Program-made: the position numbers and the translations under genes
Notes under the pieces: model-generated
Told to the model about the DNA's origin: nothing
Seen by the model: the letters and a program-made list of their open reading frames with translations, nothing else
Database searches by the model: none
In this document: piece after piece, positions 28,094 through 38,255 of the stretch
Numbering within the stretch: position 1 is the stretch's first letter
How the letters are laid out: every line of letters starts with the position of its first letter
NCBI GenBank assembly: GCA_017935905.1
Contig: JAGBGO010000064.1
Span: forward strand, 28,596-92,595
DNA: 64,000 nucleotides
Direction of reading: 5' to 3'
From: Clostridia bacterium
Lineage (GTDB): Bacteria > Bacillota > Clostridia > UBA1212 > UBA1255

Positions 28094-29313
28094 GTATCAG
28101 TCAAGAAGCAAAGAAAGCATTTAAGATCGGCAGTGTGTGTTTTCTGTCGTATTTAGCCGTTTACGTGGCACGAAATACGTTGAGCGCCGTATCCCCGCAA
28201 ATGATTGCGGAGGGGGCTTTTACCAAAGAAAGCGTGGGCACCCTTTCGTCGCTGTTTTTTATTACCTATGCCATTGGACAGTTGATTAACGGCGCCATTG
28301 GAGACAAAATCAAAGCGAAATATATGATGAGTTTGGGCTTGGTGCTGGCAGGAATTGGTAGTGCCTTGTTTCCGCTTCTTTCGGATTATCCCTTTGCCGT
28401 TTACGGTGCGTACGGACTAACCGGATTTGCCCTTTCTATGATTTACGGGCCTATGACCAAAGTGGTATCGGAGAATACAGAACTGGTGTACGCCACCCGC
28501 TGCAGCCTTGGCTACACCTTTGCTTCCTTCTTTGGTTCGCCCTTTGCGGGCATTTTAGCGGCGCTCTTTGTATGGCAGGGTGTGTTCGCTGCCAGCAGCG
28601 GCATTTTAATTGTGATGGGCATCGTATGCTTTTTGGTATTCACCCTGTTTGAACGAAAGAAGATCATTGAATACGGCAAATATCAGAAGCCCAAAGGCCA
28701 AGGAAAGGCCGGCGGCATTAAAGTACTCATTCGACACCAAATTGTTAAATTTACCTTGATTTCAATTCTGACCGGTGTGGTGCGTACCACGGTTGTATTT
28801 TGGCTTCCTACGTACATTTCCGAATATTTAGGTTTCTCGCCGGATCGGGCTGCCTGGATTTTTACAGTGGCTACGTTTGTAATTTCCCTTACAACCTTTG
28901 TAGCTATATTTGTATACGAGCGATTGCATCGCAATATGGATTTAGTAATTTTGTTGGCTTTTTCCGCCTCGGCGATTTGCTTCATGGCAGTTTATTGGTT
29001 AAGACAGCCTGTTTTGAACGTGATTTTCATCGTGCTGGCCATTATGGCCTCCAACAGTGCGGCTACTATGCTTTGGAGCCGGTACTGTCCAAGCCTTCGG
29101 GATACGGGAATGGTGTCCGGTGCCACCGGATTTTTGGATTTTGTCAGTTATATGGCGGCAGCAGCCTCTTCTACCATTTTTGCCAATGCAGTTTCCAATA
29201 TCGGATGGGGTAATTTAATTTTGGTATGGTTCGGTTTGATGGTTTTGGGCGTGGTAGTAGCGCTTCCTTACGGCAAGTTTCGGTGTAAAAAGGCGGCTGA
29301 ATTGAAAAAATAG
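28090..29313 (+). CDS. MFS transporter
   Basis: 407 aa with 12 predicted TM segments. The GDKIKAK-type loop between TM2 and TM3 is typical of MFS. Confidence 0.7.
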   Translation: MSISQEAKKAFKIGSVCFLSYLAVYVARNTLSAVSPQMIAEGAFTKESVGTLSSLFFITYAIGQLINGAIGDKIKAKYMMSLGLVLAGIGSALFPLLSDYPFAVYGAYGLTGFALSMIYGPMTKVVSENTELVYATRCSLGYTFASFFGSPFAGILAALFVWQGVFAASSGILIVMGIVCFLVFTLFERKKIIEYGKYQKPKGQGKAGGIKVLIRHQIVKFTLISILTGVVRTTVVFWLPTYISEYLGFSPDRAAWIFTVATFVISLTTFVAIFVYERLHRNMDLVILLAFSASAICFMAVYWLRQPVLNVIFIVLAIMASNSAATMLWSRYCPSLRDTGMVSGATGFLDFVSYMAAAASSTIFANAVSNIGWGNLILVWFGLMVLGVVVALPYGKFRCKKAAELKK

Positions 29314-29386
29314 GCGACTTTTTACAAAATGACACAAAAAAGACACAAAAAGCGGAACGCACAGGAAAAATATTTCATAAAATATA

Positions 29387-29428
29387 CGGAATGGTGTTGA
29401 CAGAAAGACCCATTCCGTTTATTATTTT
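29387..29428 (+). terminator. Intrinsic terminator or attenuator hairpin between the MFS gene and glnN
   Basis: acggaatggt...acccattccgt stem followed by TTTATTATTTT, ending 43 nt before the glnN ATG. Confidence 0.55.
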
Positions 29429-29470
29429 GTGGAAAACATTTTTTCAAACGCAGAAAGGACGTACTTTCCT

Positions 29471-31564
29471 ATGAGTAAGATCAGTGAAATATTCGGCACT
29501 TACGTGTTTAGCGACAGCGTAATGCGGGAGCGCCTTCCCAAAGAAACATATACAGCTTTGAAACAAACCATCAGCGAAGGATCCAATTTGGATTCCGCTT
29601 TAGCAGGTGTTATTGCCAACGCCATGAAAGACTGGGCTATTGAGAAGGGCGCAACCCACTACACCCATTGGTTCCAGCCCATGACCGGTATTACCGCAGA
29701 GAAACACGACAGTTTCCTTTCCAGAACCAAAGAAGGCCATATTATTATGGAATTCTCCGGCAAAGAATTGGTGAAAGGGGAAGCGGACGCTTCCAGTTTC
29801 CCTTCAGGCGGCCTTCGGGCGACCTTCGAAGCCCGTGGCTACACCGCATGGGATCCTACTTCGTATGCATTTATTAAAGAAAACACGCTGTGTATTCCCA
29901 CTGTATTCTGTTCTTTCGGCGGAGAAGCCTTAGATAAGAAAACGCCTTTACTCAAGTCCTTGGAGGCTTTAAGTGAACAAACCGTACGTATCTTGCGCCT
30001 GTTTGGCCACGATGATGTGAAGCACGTTACCGCCACCATGGGCGCCGAGCAGGAATATTTCTTAATTGACAAGTCTGTTTACGATAAGAGAAAAGACTTG
30101 GTATACACCGGCCGTACGTTGTTTGGTACTGTTCCGCCTAAAGGGCAGGAACTGGACGTACACTATTTCGGCTCTATTAAACCTCGTGTGAAGGCATATA
30201 TGAGCGAAGTGAACGAGGAATTGTGGAAGTTAGGCATTTTAGCTAAAACGGAACACAACGAAGCCGCCCCCGCCCAGCACGAACTGGCACCGGTTTACAC
30301 CGCAACCAATATTGCAACCGACCACAACCAGATTATTATGGACGTGATGAAGAAAGTGGCTGCTCGCCACAATATGGTTTGCTTGCTTCACGAAAAACCT
30401 TTTGCCGGGGTAAACGGCAGCGGCAAACATAACAATTGGGGCTTTGAAACGGATACGGGTATCAATTTACTGAAACCCGGCGCATCTCCTTACGAGAACG
30501 CGCAATTCTTGCTTTTCCTGTGCGCCGTATTGAAAGCGGTAGACGAACATCAGGATTTGCTGCGTATTTCCGTTGCCACCGCCGGAAACGACCACCGTCT
30601 GGGCGCTCATGAAGCACCGCCTGCGGTCATTTCCATCTTCTTAGGAGATGAACTGACGGAAGTACTGAACGCAGTCGAGAAGGGTTCTCACTACGTCAGC
30701 AAGAAAAAAGTCAATTTGGAAGTAGGCGTACACACGCTGCCCACATTCCCCAAAGACAATACGGACCGAAATAGAACGTCGCCTTTTGCTTTTACCGGTA
30801 ACAAGTTTGAATTCCGTATGCCCGGATCTTCCTTGTCCATTGCAGGTCCCAATATTGTACTCAATACCATTGTGGCTGACGTTTTAATGGAATTTGCAGA
30901 TAAACTGGAGCGAGCCAAGGATTTCAAGGCGGCTTTGAATCGCTTGATCAAGAAAACTATTCGGGAACACAAGCGGATTATTTTCAACGGAAACGGTTAT
31001 ACCGAAGATTGGTTGGAAGAAGCTAAGCGTCGGGGTCTTTTGAATCTGCCTACGTCGGCAGATGCACTTCCGTACTATACCAGCCGGAAGAACGTGGATT
31101 TGTTTGCCCGTCATAAGGTATTCACCGAAGCGGAAATTCGCTCCCGCTGTGATATTATGCTGGAAAATTACAGCAAAACCATTAACGTAGAGGCTTTAAC
31201 TATGGTGGATATGGCCACCCACGATTTGGTACCCGCTGTATTTGCCAATATCCAGGCGCTGGGTGCGTCTGTGGTAGCCGCCAAGGGGGCTGTTGCCTGC
31301 GCAGATACCGGCGTTCAGGAGAAACTGATCTCAGAACTTTCCGCAAGAGCCCGCGAAATGTATGAAGCTTCGGAAGCGTTGAATGCCGTCATCGAGGAAA
31401 GCCACGGAATTACGGACGCCCAAGCGGCCGCTACGTTCTACAAAGAGAAGGCACTTCCGCTGATGACCGCTTTGCGGGAAGCCGCAGACGGCGCAGAGAA
31501 GATGATGGGCAGCAAGTATTATCCTTATCCCACCTACGGCGATATTTTGTTTAGTGTGCAGTAA
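29471..31564 (+). CDS. glnN: Glutamine synthetase type III
   Basis: ~700-aa GS with a typical GSIII N-terminal region (HYTHWFQPMTG) and catalytic core. The ATG at 29471 follows SD gaaagga. Confidence 0.8.
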   Translation: MSKISEIFGTYVFSDSVMRERLPKETYTALKQTISEGSNLDSALAGVIANAMKDWAIEKGATHYTHWFQPMTGITAEKHDSFLSRTKEGHIIMEFSGKELVKGEADASSFPSGGLRATFEARGYTAWDPTSYAFIKENTLCIPTVFCSFGGEALDKKTPLLKSLEALSEQTVRILRLFGHDDVKHVTATMGAEQEYFLIDKSVYDKRKDLVYTGRTLFGTVPPKGQELDVHYFGSIKPRVKAYMSEVNEELWKLGILAKTEHNEAAPAQHELAPVYTATNIATDHNQIIMDVMKKVAARHNMVCLLHEKPFAGVNGSGKHNNWGFETDTGINLLKPGASPYENAQFLLFLCAVLKAVDEHQDLLRISVATAGNDHRLGAHEAPPAVISIFLGDELTEVLNAVEKGSHYVSKKKVNLEVGVHTLPTFPKDNTDRNRTSPFAFTGNKFEFRMPGSSLSIAGPNIVLNTIVADVLMEFADKLERAKDFKAALNRLIKKTIREHKRIIFNGNGYTEDWLEEAKRRGLLNLPTSADALPYYTSRKNVDLFARHKVFTEAEIRSRCDIMLENYSKTINVEALTMVDMATHDLVPAVFANIQALGASVVAAKGAVACADTGVQEKLISELSARAREMYEASEALNAVIEESHGITDAQAAATFYKEKALPLMTALREAADGAEKMMGSKYYPYPTYGDILFSVQ

Positions 31565-31623
31565 ATAAAATACCATTTTACCGGGCAACCTATTCCCAAA
31601 ACCGGCGGGAAAGGAAGATTGCC

Positions 31624-32604
31624 TTGAAGCACAAAAAGAAAAAATCTCAAATTTGGCGCGTGGGTACCGGCATTGCGGCGGTGGGTGCCCTGTCTTATTG
31701 TGCAATCTCTCATCTGCTCACCCATAAATTAGTATCGGTGGCGTTGGACCGTAAAATGCCCAAAAGTTCTCCCGCTTCCCGGAAATGGCTTTCCGGCTGC
31801 AGCAATTGCGAGGATTTGCTGGCCACCTATGAAAAGGCCTCTGCGAGTTTGCAAGAAGGGGATTGCGAAACGGTGACCCTTACCTGCAAAGACGGGGAGA
31901 AATTAGTGGGTCATCTTCGCTGTTGCCGGCACCCGAAGCGGATCGTCATTGCTATGCATGGCTGGCGCTCCTCTTGGAACCGGGATTTCGGTTTGATTGA
32001 TGCATTTTGGCGAAGCGTAGGTTGCTGTGTTTTGTACGCGGAGCAGCGTGGGCAGAATAACAGTGGCGGAAAATATATCGGCTTCGGCCTTACAGAGCGG
32101 TACGATTGTTTAGAGTGGATCGCTTGGGTGCAAAAGCGTTTCGGTAAAAAGCTTCCTATTTATCTTGCGGGGATTTCCATGGGCGCCTCCACCGTGTTAA
32201 TGGCCGGGGGATTAGAACTGCCTGCTCAGGTACACGGCATTATTGCGGACTGCGGTTTTACGTCGCCGTATCATATTTGGGAACACGTGGTGACACGAAA
32301 TTTACATTTATCCTATAAAGTGCGGGCCCGCATGGCGGACCGCCTGTGCCGGAAAAGAATTCGTATGGGTCCCGGGGATTATTCTACGGTACAAGCTATG
32401 AAGTCTGTGGGGGTGCCGGTTTTGTTCATTCACGGAAGTGACGATCATTTTGTACCTATTTCCATGACGTATGAAAACTATACAGCCTGCATTGCTCCAA
32501 AACATTTGCTGATTGTGCCCGGTGCAGACCACGGTATGAGTTATTTAGTAGATCCCAAAGCTTACGAGAAAGCCGTGGCGGCTTTTTGGGAAGAATTTGA
32601 CTGA
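31624..32604 (+). CDS. Alpha/beta hydrolase (S9/BAAT-like)
   Basis: Nucleophile elbow GISMGAS and a His-containing C-terminal GADHG. TTG start behind SD gggaaaggaag. Confidence 0.6.
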   Translation: MKHKKKKSQIWRVGTGIAAVGALSYCAISHLLTHKLVSVALDRKMPKSSPASRKWLSGCSNCEDLLATYEKASASLQEGDCETVTLTCKDGEKLVGHLRCCRHPKRIVIAMHGWRSSWNRDFGLIDAFWRSVGCCVLYAEQRGQNNSGGKYIGFGLTERYDCLEWIAWVQKRFGKKLPIYLAGISMGASTVLMAGGLELPAQVHGIIADCGFTSPYHIWEHVVTRNLHLSYKVRARMADRLCRKRIRMGPGDYSTVQAMKSVGVPVLFIHGSDDHFVPISMTYENYTACIAPKHLLIVPGADHGMSYLVDPKAYEKAVAAFWEEFD

Positions 32605-32609
32605 AGACA

Positions 32610-32638
32610 TTGAAATTTCTCCGCAAATCTTGTATGAT
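32610..32638 (+). promoter_or_regulatory. Sigma-A-type promoter (TTGAAA, 17-nt spacer, TATGAT)
   Basis: Seen in sequence upstream of the transglutaminase-like lipoprotein gene. Confidence 0.4.
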
Positions 32639-32673
32639 AAACATAGAATACATTTTCAACAAGGGGTGGCTTT

Positions 32674-34182
32674 ATGGCGCGTCGGGGAAAAAATTTTATT
32701 GGGTTTATTGCGTTGCTCCTTTTGGTGAGCTTGTTTGCGGGATGTACGCTTCCAAATAATTTAACGGCACCGCCGGATCCTGCGGCATCCGCTGCGGGAA
32801 GTGAATCTACGGAGGCACCAAGCTCTATTTTACCGGATCAGCCGAATGCAACACCAACCGCACCTGCCGGCGGTACACCCGGTCAAACGGAGGCGCCGGA
32901 TGTGCAAGTTTCGGTGCAGCCTACGGTAGTTCCTACGGTAATCCCTACCGTGAATCCTACCGGTACGCCCAGACCCATTGAAACGCCGAAACCTATTGTG
33001 GTGCCGACTTCCAACTTAACGCCTACGAAGGCGCCTACGGTAGCACCTACCACGCCGGCGCCCACCAAGACGCCTGCGCCTACGGCAAGCGGCAGTGGCA
33101 CGGTTACAAAGGCGCAAGTATATTGCAGAAGTGTACTAAACCAAAGCCAGCAGGCTGCATACGATACGATCTATGCCGGTTTGTCTGATCCTTCTAAGAT
33201 TGAAACGGCGACGGTGGATTACGAAACCGTCCACCTCATTAAAGTTTCCGTCAGTTACAGAGCTTCCTCTAATTTAGAAAAAGAAATCAAATTGATTTTA
33301 TCGGCCATTCTAATGGATCATCCGGAGTTGTATTATTTGGATAAACAGTATACGTACTCCTATTCGGGTACTCGACTGACAGAATTTAGGATGTATACCC
33401 TGGATCGCAGCACGGCGCTTTCGCTTCGAAGTCAGGTGGAGAACGGCATTCAAGCCTACCAGCAGAAAGTCAGCCCCCATCAGGATCCTTACGAAATTGC
33501 CAAGCAGTTCTATGAATTACTGGCAACCAATATCCAATACGGACAGGACGGCACATCCCATGCGTACAGCATTGTAGGTGCTTTTGTAAACGGCCAATGT
33601 GTTTGTGAAGGTTTCTCCGAGGCGTATCAATTGCTTTTGAATGCCTACGGTATACGGGCCTTTACGGTGTCCGGAACGGCAGGGGGCGCCCACCAGTGGA
33701 ATGCGGTGGAAATAAACGGCAAATGGTATTACACCGATCCGACCTGGGGGAACCTGAAGACGTTGGGAGAAAAGGATACCTATCCCAAGGAAGGCTATAT
33801 CCGCGTCAGTTACGTTTATTTGAACTTAAACGCTGCTTTAATGGGCGCAGATCACACGTTAGATGAAACTTCCGCTTCTATGACAGCGGGACTGAGTTTC
33901 ACCGCCACACAAGACAACTATTTCGTGCGGGAAGGTGGCTATTTTGCAAGCTTCCAGCAAAATGCTGTGGAAACTTATGTGAAGGCAGCCATTGCAGACG
34001 CGATTGCAAACAAACGGGAAACCGTGGGCATTCGCATGGGCAGTCAGCAAGCGTATGACAGTTTAGTAGATTATATCTACCGCAATCTTTACCGTGTATA
34101 CTATGAAGCAGGGGGCCAGGATGCCGCGCTTTCCTATTATCCCGGTGACGTTACCTACACGGTGCATATTTCCATGCATTAA
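32674..34182 (+). CDS. Transglutaminase-like cysteine-protease domain lipoprotein with a Pro/Thr-rich linker
   Basis: Lipobox LFAGC, a PT-rich low-complexity linker (~32900-33100), and the transglutaminase core GQCVCEGFSEAYQLL...HQWNAVEINGKWYYTDPTW (Cys-His-Asp). Confidence 0.7.
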   Translation: MARRGKNFIGFIALLLLVSLFAGCTLPNNLTAPPDPAASAAGSESTEAPSSILPDQPNATPTAPAGGTPGQTEAPDVQVSVQPTVVPTVIPTVNPTGTPRPIETPKPIVVPTSNLTPTKAPTVAPTTPAPTKTPAPTASGSGTVTKAQVYCRSVLNQSQQAAYDTIYAGLSDPSKIETATVDYETVHLIKVSVSYRASSNLEKEIKLILSAILMDHPELYYLDKQYTYSYSGTRLTEFRMYTLDRSTALSLRSQVENGIQAYQQKVSPHQDPYEIAKQFYELLATNIQYGQDGTSHAYSIVGAFVNGQCVCEGFSEAYQLLLNAYGIRAFTVSGTAGGAHQWNAVEINGKWYYTDPTWGNLKTLGEKDTYPKEGYIRVSYVYLNLNAALMGADHTLDETSASMTAGLSFTATQDNYFVREGGYFASFQQNAVETYVKAAIADAIANKRETVGIRMGSQQAYDSLVDYIYRNLYRVYYEAGGQDAALSYYPGDVTYTVHISMH

Positions 34183-34203
34183 CCTTTCAAGGAGGAATTT
34201 ATA

Positions 34204-34404
34204 ATGGCAGTTCGATTCAATGAAGATAAAGAAGTTGTAAAGCGCATTCAAGAAGGCTTAAAGAAGAAAGACGGCTACTGCCCTTGTCGCCTTCCTAAAC
34301 TTCCGGAATATAAATGTATGTGTCAGGAATTTAAAGACCAGATTGCCGATCCGGACTTTGAAGGCTATTGTCATTGTATGTTATACTATAAGTCGAAAGA
34401 CTAA
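34204..34404 (+). CDS. Ferredoxin-thioredoxin reductase catalytic-subunit-like small protein
   Basis: CPC...CMC...CHC arrangement typical of the FTR-B-like domain. SD aggagg upstream. Confidence 0.6.
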   Translation: MAVRFNEDKEVVKRIQEGLKKKDGYCPCRLPKLPEYKCMCQEFKDQIADPDFEGYCHCMLYYKSKD

Positions 34405-34424
34405 TATCCGAGGACGGTTGCATT

Positions 34425-35213
34425 TTGTACGCCAATTATCATACCCATTCTTATCATTGTCATCACGCCGGCGGGACGCCTGAAGATTACGTACAGGCGG
34501 CCATTCGCCGCGGTATGCAAATCATCGGTTTTTCCGACCACGTGCCGTATCCCTTTTCCAACGGTCACTGTTCCGGGTTTCGTATGGATCCGCAGGAACA
34601 TGGCATTTACGTACAAGAACTGCAGGAACTTCGGGAACGGTATCGGGATCAAATTCAGATTTATATCGGCTACGAGGCCGAATATTATCCCAAAGAATTT
34701 CCGGCGATGGTGGAGAATCTAAACCAATATCCTTGGGACTATTTGATTTTGGGGCAACATTTTACCCACAATGAATACGACGGCGTCTATTCCGGTAGTA
34801 AGAAAGCCGATGAAGAAGAACATTTAGTACAATACGTAAATCAAATCATTGAAGGCCTTGAAACCGGCTATTTTTCCTGTGTGACCCATCCGGACTTGAT
34901 TCGTTACCGTCAAGACCCTCAGATTTATCGACGGGAAATGGAACGGCTGTGCCGGAAAGCACTTTCGCTGCAAATTCCTTTGGAAGTTAATTTTCTGGGA
35001 TTGGGAGAGGGACGAGCATACCCCTACGAGCCATTCTGGCAAATTGCAGGTGAAATGCAGGCGCCGGTGATATTCGGCTGCGATGCTCACCGGCCGGAGG
35101 CGCTTTTAGATGAGGATACGTACCAAAAAGCCTGCAGGCTACAGCAAAAATACGGCCTAAATGTACAGGAAACCTTTGCGTTTCGCCACCTGGGGAAAGG
35201 AACGACCCCATGA
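34425..35213 (+). CDS. PHP-domain histidinol-phosphatase family protein
   Basis: Starts HTHSYHCHHAGGTPEDY and contains FSDH, typical of the HisK/PHP family. Confidence 0.7.
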   Translation: MYANYHTHSYHCHHAGGTPEDYVQAAIRRGMQIIGFSDHVPYPFSNGHCSGFRMDPQEHGIYVQELQELRERYRDQIQIYIGYEAEYYPKEFPAMVENLNQYPWDYLILGQHFTHNEYDGVYSGSKKADEEEHLVQYVNQIIEGLETGYFSCVTHPDLIRYRQDPQIYRREMERLCRKALSLQIPLEVNFLGLGEGRAYPYEPFWQIAGEMQAPVIFGCDAHRPEALLDEDTYQKACRLQQKYGLNVQETFAFRHLGKGTTP

Positions 35214-36097
35214 AAAACGGCTTCCTCCGCCTCCACGCCGGGGTGTTATTTCTTTATTTTACATTTATATTGATTCTTTGCGGCTTTTGCTATCATCCGC
35301 TGGTGCAAATTTTGGCGCTGGTAGGCGGACTTGCGTACTGCGGGCTGCTGTTCCCGGCAAAAGACTTCTGTAAAATGCTGGGTTTCTATCTCATTCCCGC
35401 AATTTTAGTCGCCATTACCAATCCGATTTTTTCCAATGCGGGAGAAACGGTTCTTTTCTATCTCAATCAAAACCCCGTTACCCAAGAAGCCTTTTTGTAC
35501 GGCATTGCGATGGGAATTTCTTTGATGAACGTACTTTGTTGGTTTCGCATTTTCAATACGGTAATGACGACGGATCGGACCCTGCATTTATTTGGAGGCA
35601 TTTTACCGAAAATGACTATGCTGCTCACCGTGACTTTGCGCACCGTCCCAAACCTTCGCAGAAGAATTCGGGAAACCCGGGAAGTACAGCAGGCCCTGGG
35701 GCTTTACGGAAAGGAACAAGGCTACGTGGCACGGCTTCGGGGAGAACTTTCCGTTATTCAAATTGTGATGGCTTCCGCCATGGAAGATGCCATTGAAACA
35801 GGAGACAGTATGCGTGGGCGGGGCTTTGGAAAACCCGGTGCCACCCGTTTTAGGAGAGATCGGTTCGACCTTTCTCAAGGGATCATCCTGGCAGGTTTGC
35901 TGCTTTTGTGGGGATGGTTGGGATTTTTGCTGCTGGAAGGTAGCGCGAAGATTCAGTTCTATCCGGTGGTAAATGCTACAATGGCAGGTTGGAAGACGGG
36001 GTGTTTTGGCATCGGCGTTGGTTTTCTTTGCTTTTTGCCTGCCGCATTGGAAGTGTATGAAAGGATACGGTGGAAATGGTACATATCCAGGATTTAA
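35210..36097 (+). CDS. ecfT: ECF transporter transmembrane (T) component, EcfT/CbiQ family
   Basis: Polytopic membrane protein with a conserved Arg-rich cytoplasmic coupling region (RTVPNLRRRIRETREVQQALG), immediately upstream of a fused ECF ATPase. Confidence 0.65.
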   Translation: MKNGFLRLHAGVLFLYFTFILILCGFCYHPLVQILALVGGLAYCGLLFPAKDFCKMLGFYLIPAILVAITNPIFSNAGETVLFYLNQNPVTQEAFLYGIAMGISLMNVLCWFRIFNTVMTTDRTLHLFGGILPKMTMLLTVTLRTVPNLRRRIRETREVQQALGLYGKEQGYVARLRGELSVIQIVMASAMEDAIETGDSMRGRGFGKPGATRFRRDRFDLSQGIILAGLLLLWGWLGFLLLEGSAKIQFYPVVNATMAGWKTGCFGIGVGFLCFLPAALEVYERIRWKWYISRI

Positions 36098-37653
36098 CTT
36101 TTACGTATAATGGGTGTTCTGCGCCTGCGCTTTCCGAAATTTCACTGGATCTTCCGGAGGGCACATTCTCTGTGCTGGCAGGACCTTCCGGTTCAGGAAA
36201 GACCACGCTGCTTCGCCTGCTCAAAAAAGAATTGGCCCCTTACGGCACGTCTTCCGGCGACCTGCAAATCGGGAACGACGGATTCGTAGGTTTTGTAATG
36301 CAAAATCCGGACAACCAAATTGTGACGGACAAAGTCTGGCACGAATTAACGTTTGCCGGAGAGAATCTCGGCCTTCCGGAAGCATTGATTCAAAGACGGG
36401 TGGGAGAAATTGCTGCATATTTCGGCATTGACGAGTGGCTCTCCAAAGATACCCATGAACTGTCCGGGGGTCAGAAACAAATTCTCAATTTAGCCGCCGT
36501 GATGGTATGCGATCCCAGGCTGCTTCTTTTGGACGAGCCCACCGCTATGTTGGATCCTATTGCCGCCGACAATTTTCTGGCGCTTCTTCGGAAGATCCAC
36601 CAGGAGTTGGGGGTTACGATTTTAATGGTAGAGCACCGTTTGGATGGGGTTTTGGCGCTTTCTGACCGGGTTCTGGTAATGGAGAAAGGTAAAATAGCGG
36701 CAGATTTCAAACCTACCGATTTTCTTCAAATGAGCCGTGCTTTTTCTTCCGTTGCCTCCGTTTTGCCGGAAACCATGCAGCTTTACCGGACGCTTGGTTT
36801 GGTTGAAAATATGCCGCTTACGGTGGGGGAAGGCCGCACTTTGATCCGAAAGCTTTATCCAAACCTATGCGGACAAGTTGCGGTGCCGGAGAAGCCCGCC
36901 AACAAAAACGTATGCGTAGAAGTCAAAAACGTATCCTTCCGCTACGCGCGCACAAGCCCCGACGTGCTCCGGGATTTCTCATTAACCGTATATTCCGGCG
37001 AATGTTACTGCCTAGTGGGCGGAAACGGCGTGGGCAAATCTACTTTGCTGAAACTGCTTTCCGGGGTGGCAAAACCTTACCGAGGGTGTGTGCGGGTGCA
37101 AGGAGCGGCCGCTATGCTGCCTCAAAATCCTAAATTGGTATTTTTGTCGGATACGCTGCAGGGGGATTATGAAAGTTATTTGCGGGCGCTGGGACGATTT
37201 GACGAAAACTCGATCCGAAACGTCGCTGCGCAATTGGGCATTTCCCATTTGCTTTCCCGTCATCCTTATGATTTAAGTGGCGGAGAACAGCAAAAGGCCG
37301 CCTTGGGAAAATGTTTGTTGGCAGGTCCACAAGTGCTTCTTTTGGATGAACCCACCAAGGGTTTAGATTTAGCGGCAAGAAAGGCATTGGGGGAGATTAT
37401 TATCCAACTGAAACAAACCGGGGTTTGCGTCATTTTGGTTACTCACGATTTGGATTTTTGCAGTCAATATGCAGATCGCTGCGGTTTTCTGTCTAATGGT
37501 AAATTGATTGCGCAAGGGGAACCTCACGACTTTTTTACCGGCAACCGTTTCTACACCACCGCCGCCCACCGCATTGGGAGAGACGTATGCAAAAACGGCA
37601 TTACTCCGGATGAAATCGGCGCATTTTTCATGGAACAAGGAGTGCGAAGATGA
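36070..37653 (+). CDS. ecfA: Fused duplicated ECF/ABC transporter ATP-binding protein (EcfA-EcfA')
   Basis: Two complete ABC cassettes: GPSGSGKTT...LSGGQKQ...LLLDEP and GGNGVGKST...LSGGEQQ...LLLDEP. Confidence 0.8.
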   Translation: MEMVHIQDLTFTYNGCSAPALSEISLDLPEGTFSVLAGPSGSGKTTLLRLLKKELAPYGTSSGDLQIGNDGFVGFVMQNPDNQIVTDKVWHELTFAGENLGLPEALIQRRVGEIAAYFGIDEWLSKDTHELSGGQKQILNLAAVMVCDPRLLLLDEPTAMLDPIAADNFLALLRKIHQELGVTILMVEHRLDGVLALSDRVLVMEKGKIAADFKPTDFLQMSRAFSSVASVLPETMQLYRTLGLVENMPLTVGEGRTLIRKLYPNLCGQVAVPEKPANKNVCVEVKNVSFRYARTSPDVLRDFSLTVYSGECYCLVGGNGVGKSTLLKLLSGVAKPYRGCVRVQGAAAMLPQNPKLVFLSDTLQGDYESYLRALGRFDENSIRNVAAQLGISHLLSRHPYDLSGGEQQKAALGKCLLAGPQVLLLDEPTKGLDLAARKALGEIIIQLKQTGVCVILVTHDLDFCSQYADRCGFLSNGKLIAQGEPHDFFTGNRFYTTAAHRIGRDVCKNGITPDEIGAFFMEQGVRR

Positions 37654-38177
37654 CAGGTAAGCAACTTTCCCGCAGAATTGCCGTATTGGCAGTATTGATC
37701 GGCTTATCTACGTTAGGCCGGTTTCTGTTTGCGTGGCTGCCCGGCTTCAAACCATTAGGCGCGGTGGCGATTTTGGCGGGAATGTATATGGGGTGGCGTG
37801 CCGGCTTTTTGGTGGGGGCTTTATCTATTGTTGTATCTAATTTTTATTTTGGCCACGGGCCCTGGACGCTGTTTCAAATTGCTGCATTGGGGTTGATTGG
37901 TTTATTGGCGGGGGTACTGGGGCCTATTTTACGACGAAACCGCTGGATCGCTGCCTTCTACGGCGTCATCGCTGCGATTTTGTTCTCCGGTATCATGGAT
38001 TTGTGGACCGCGATTTGGATGGATCATGGGTTCGTATTCAAACGCTATTTGGCTTTGACGGTTGCCGCCGGGCCTTTTACGCTGATTTACGCTTGCTCCA
38101 ACGTCCTATTCTTATTGATCTTGATGAAGCCCGTGGGGAAGATGCTTACCCGCATGAAAGTGAAGTACGGGGTATGA
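37650..38177 (+). CDS. ECF transporter S component (substrate unknown)
   Basis: 175-aa membrane protein with ~5-6 TM, encoded directly after ecfT-ecfAA'. Confidence 0.55.
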   Translation: MTGKQLSRRIAVLAVLIGLSTLGRFLFAWLPGFKPLGAVAILAGMYMGWRAGFLVGALSIVVSNFYFGHGPWTLFQIAALGLIGLLAGVLGPILRRNRWIAAFYGVIAAILFSGIMDLWTAIWMDHGFVFKRYLALTVAAGPFTLIYACSNVLFLLILMKPVGKMLTRMKVKYGV

Positions 38178-38255
38178 GCGGCGTATGTAAGATGGCGTAA
38201 AAAGGATATTTACATACCGCAAAAATGCATTTTACATACTTTTTTGTTTTTGTTG

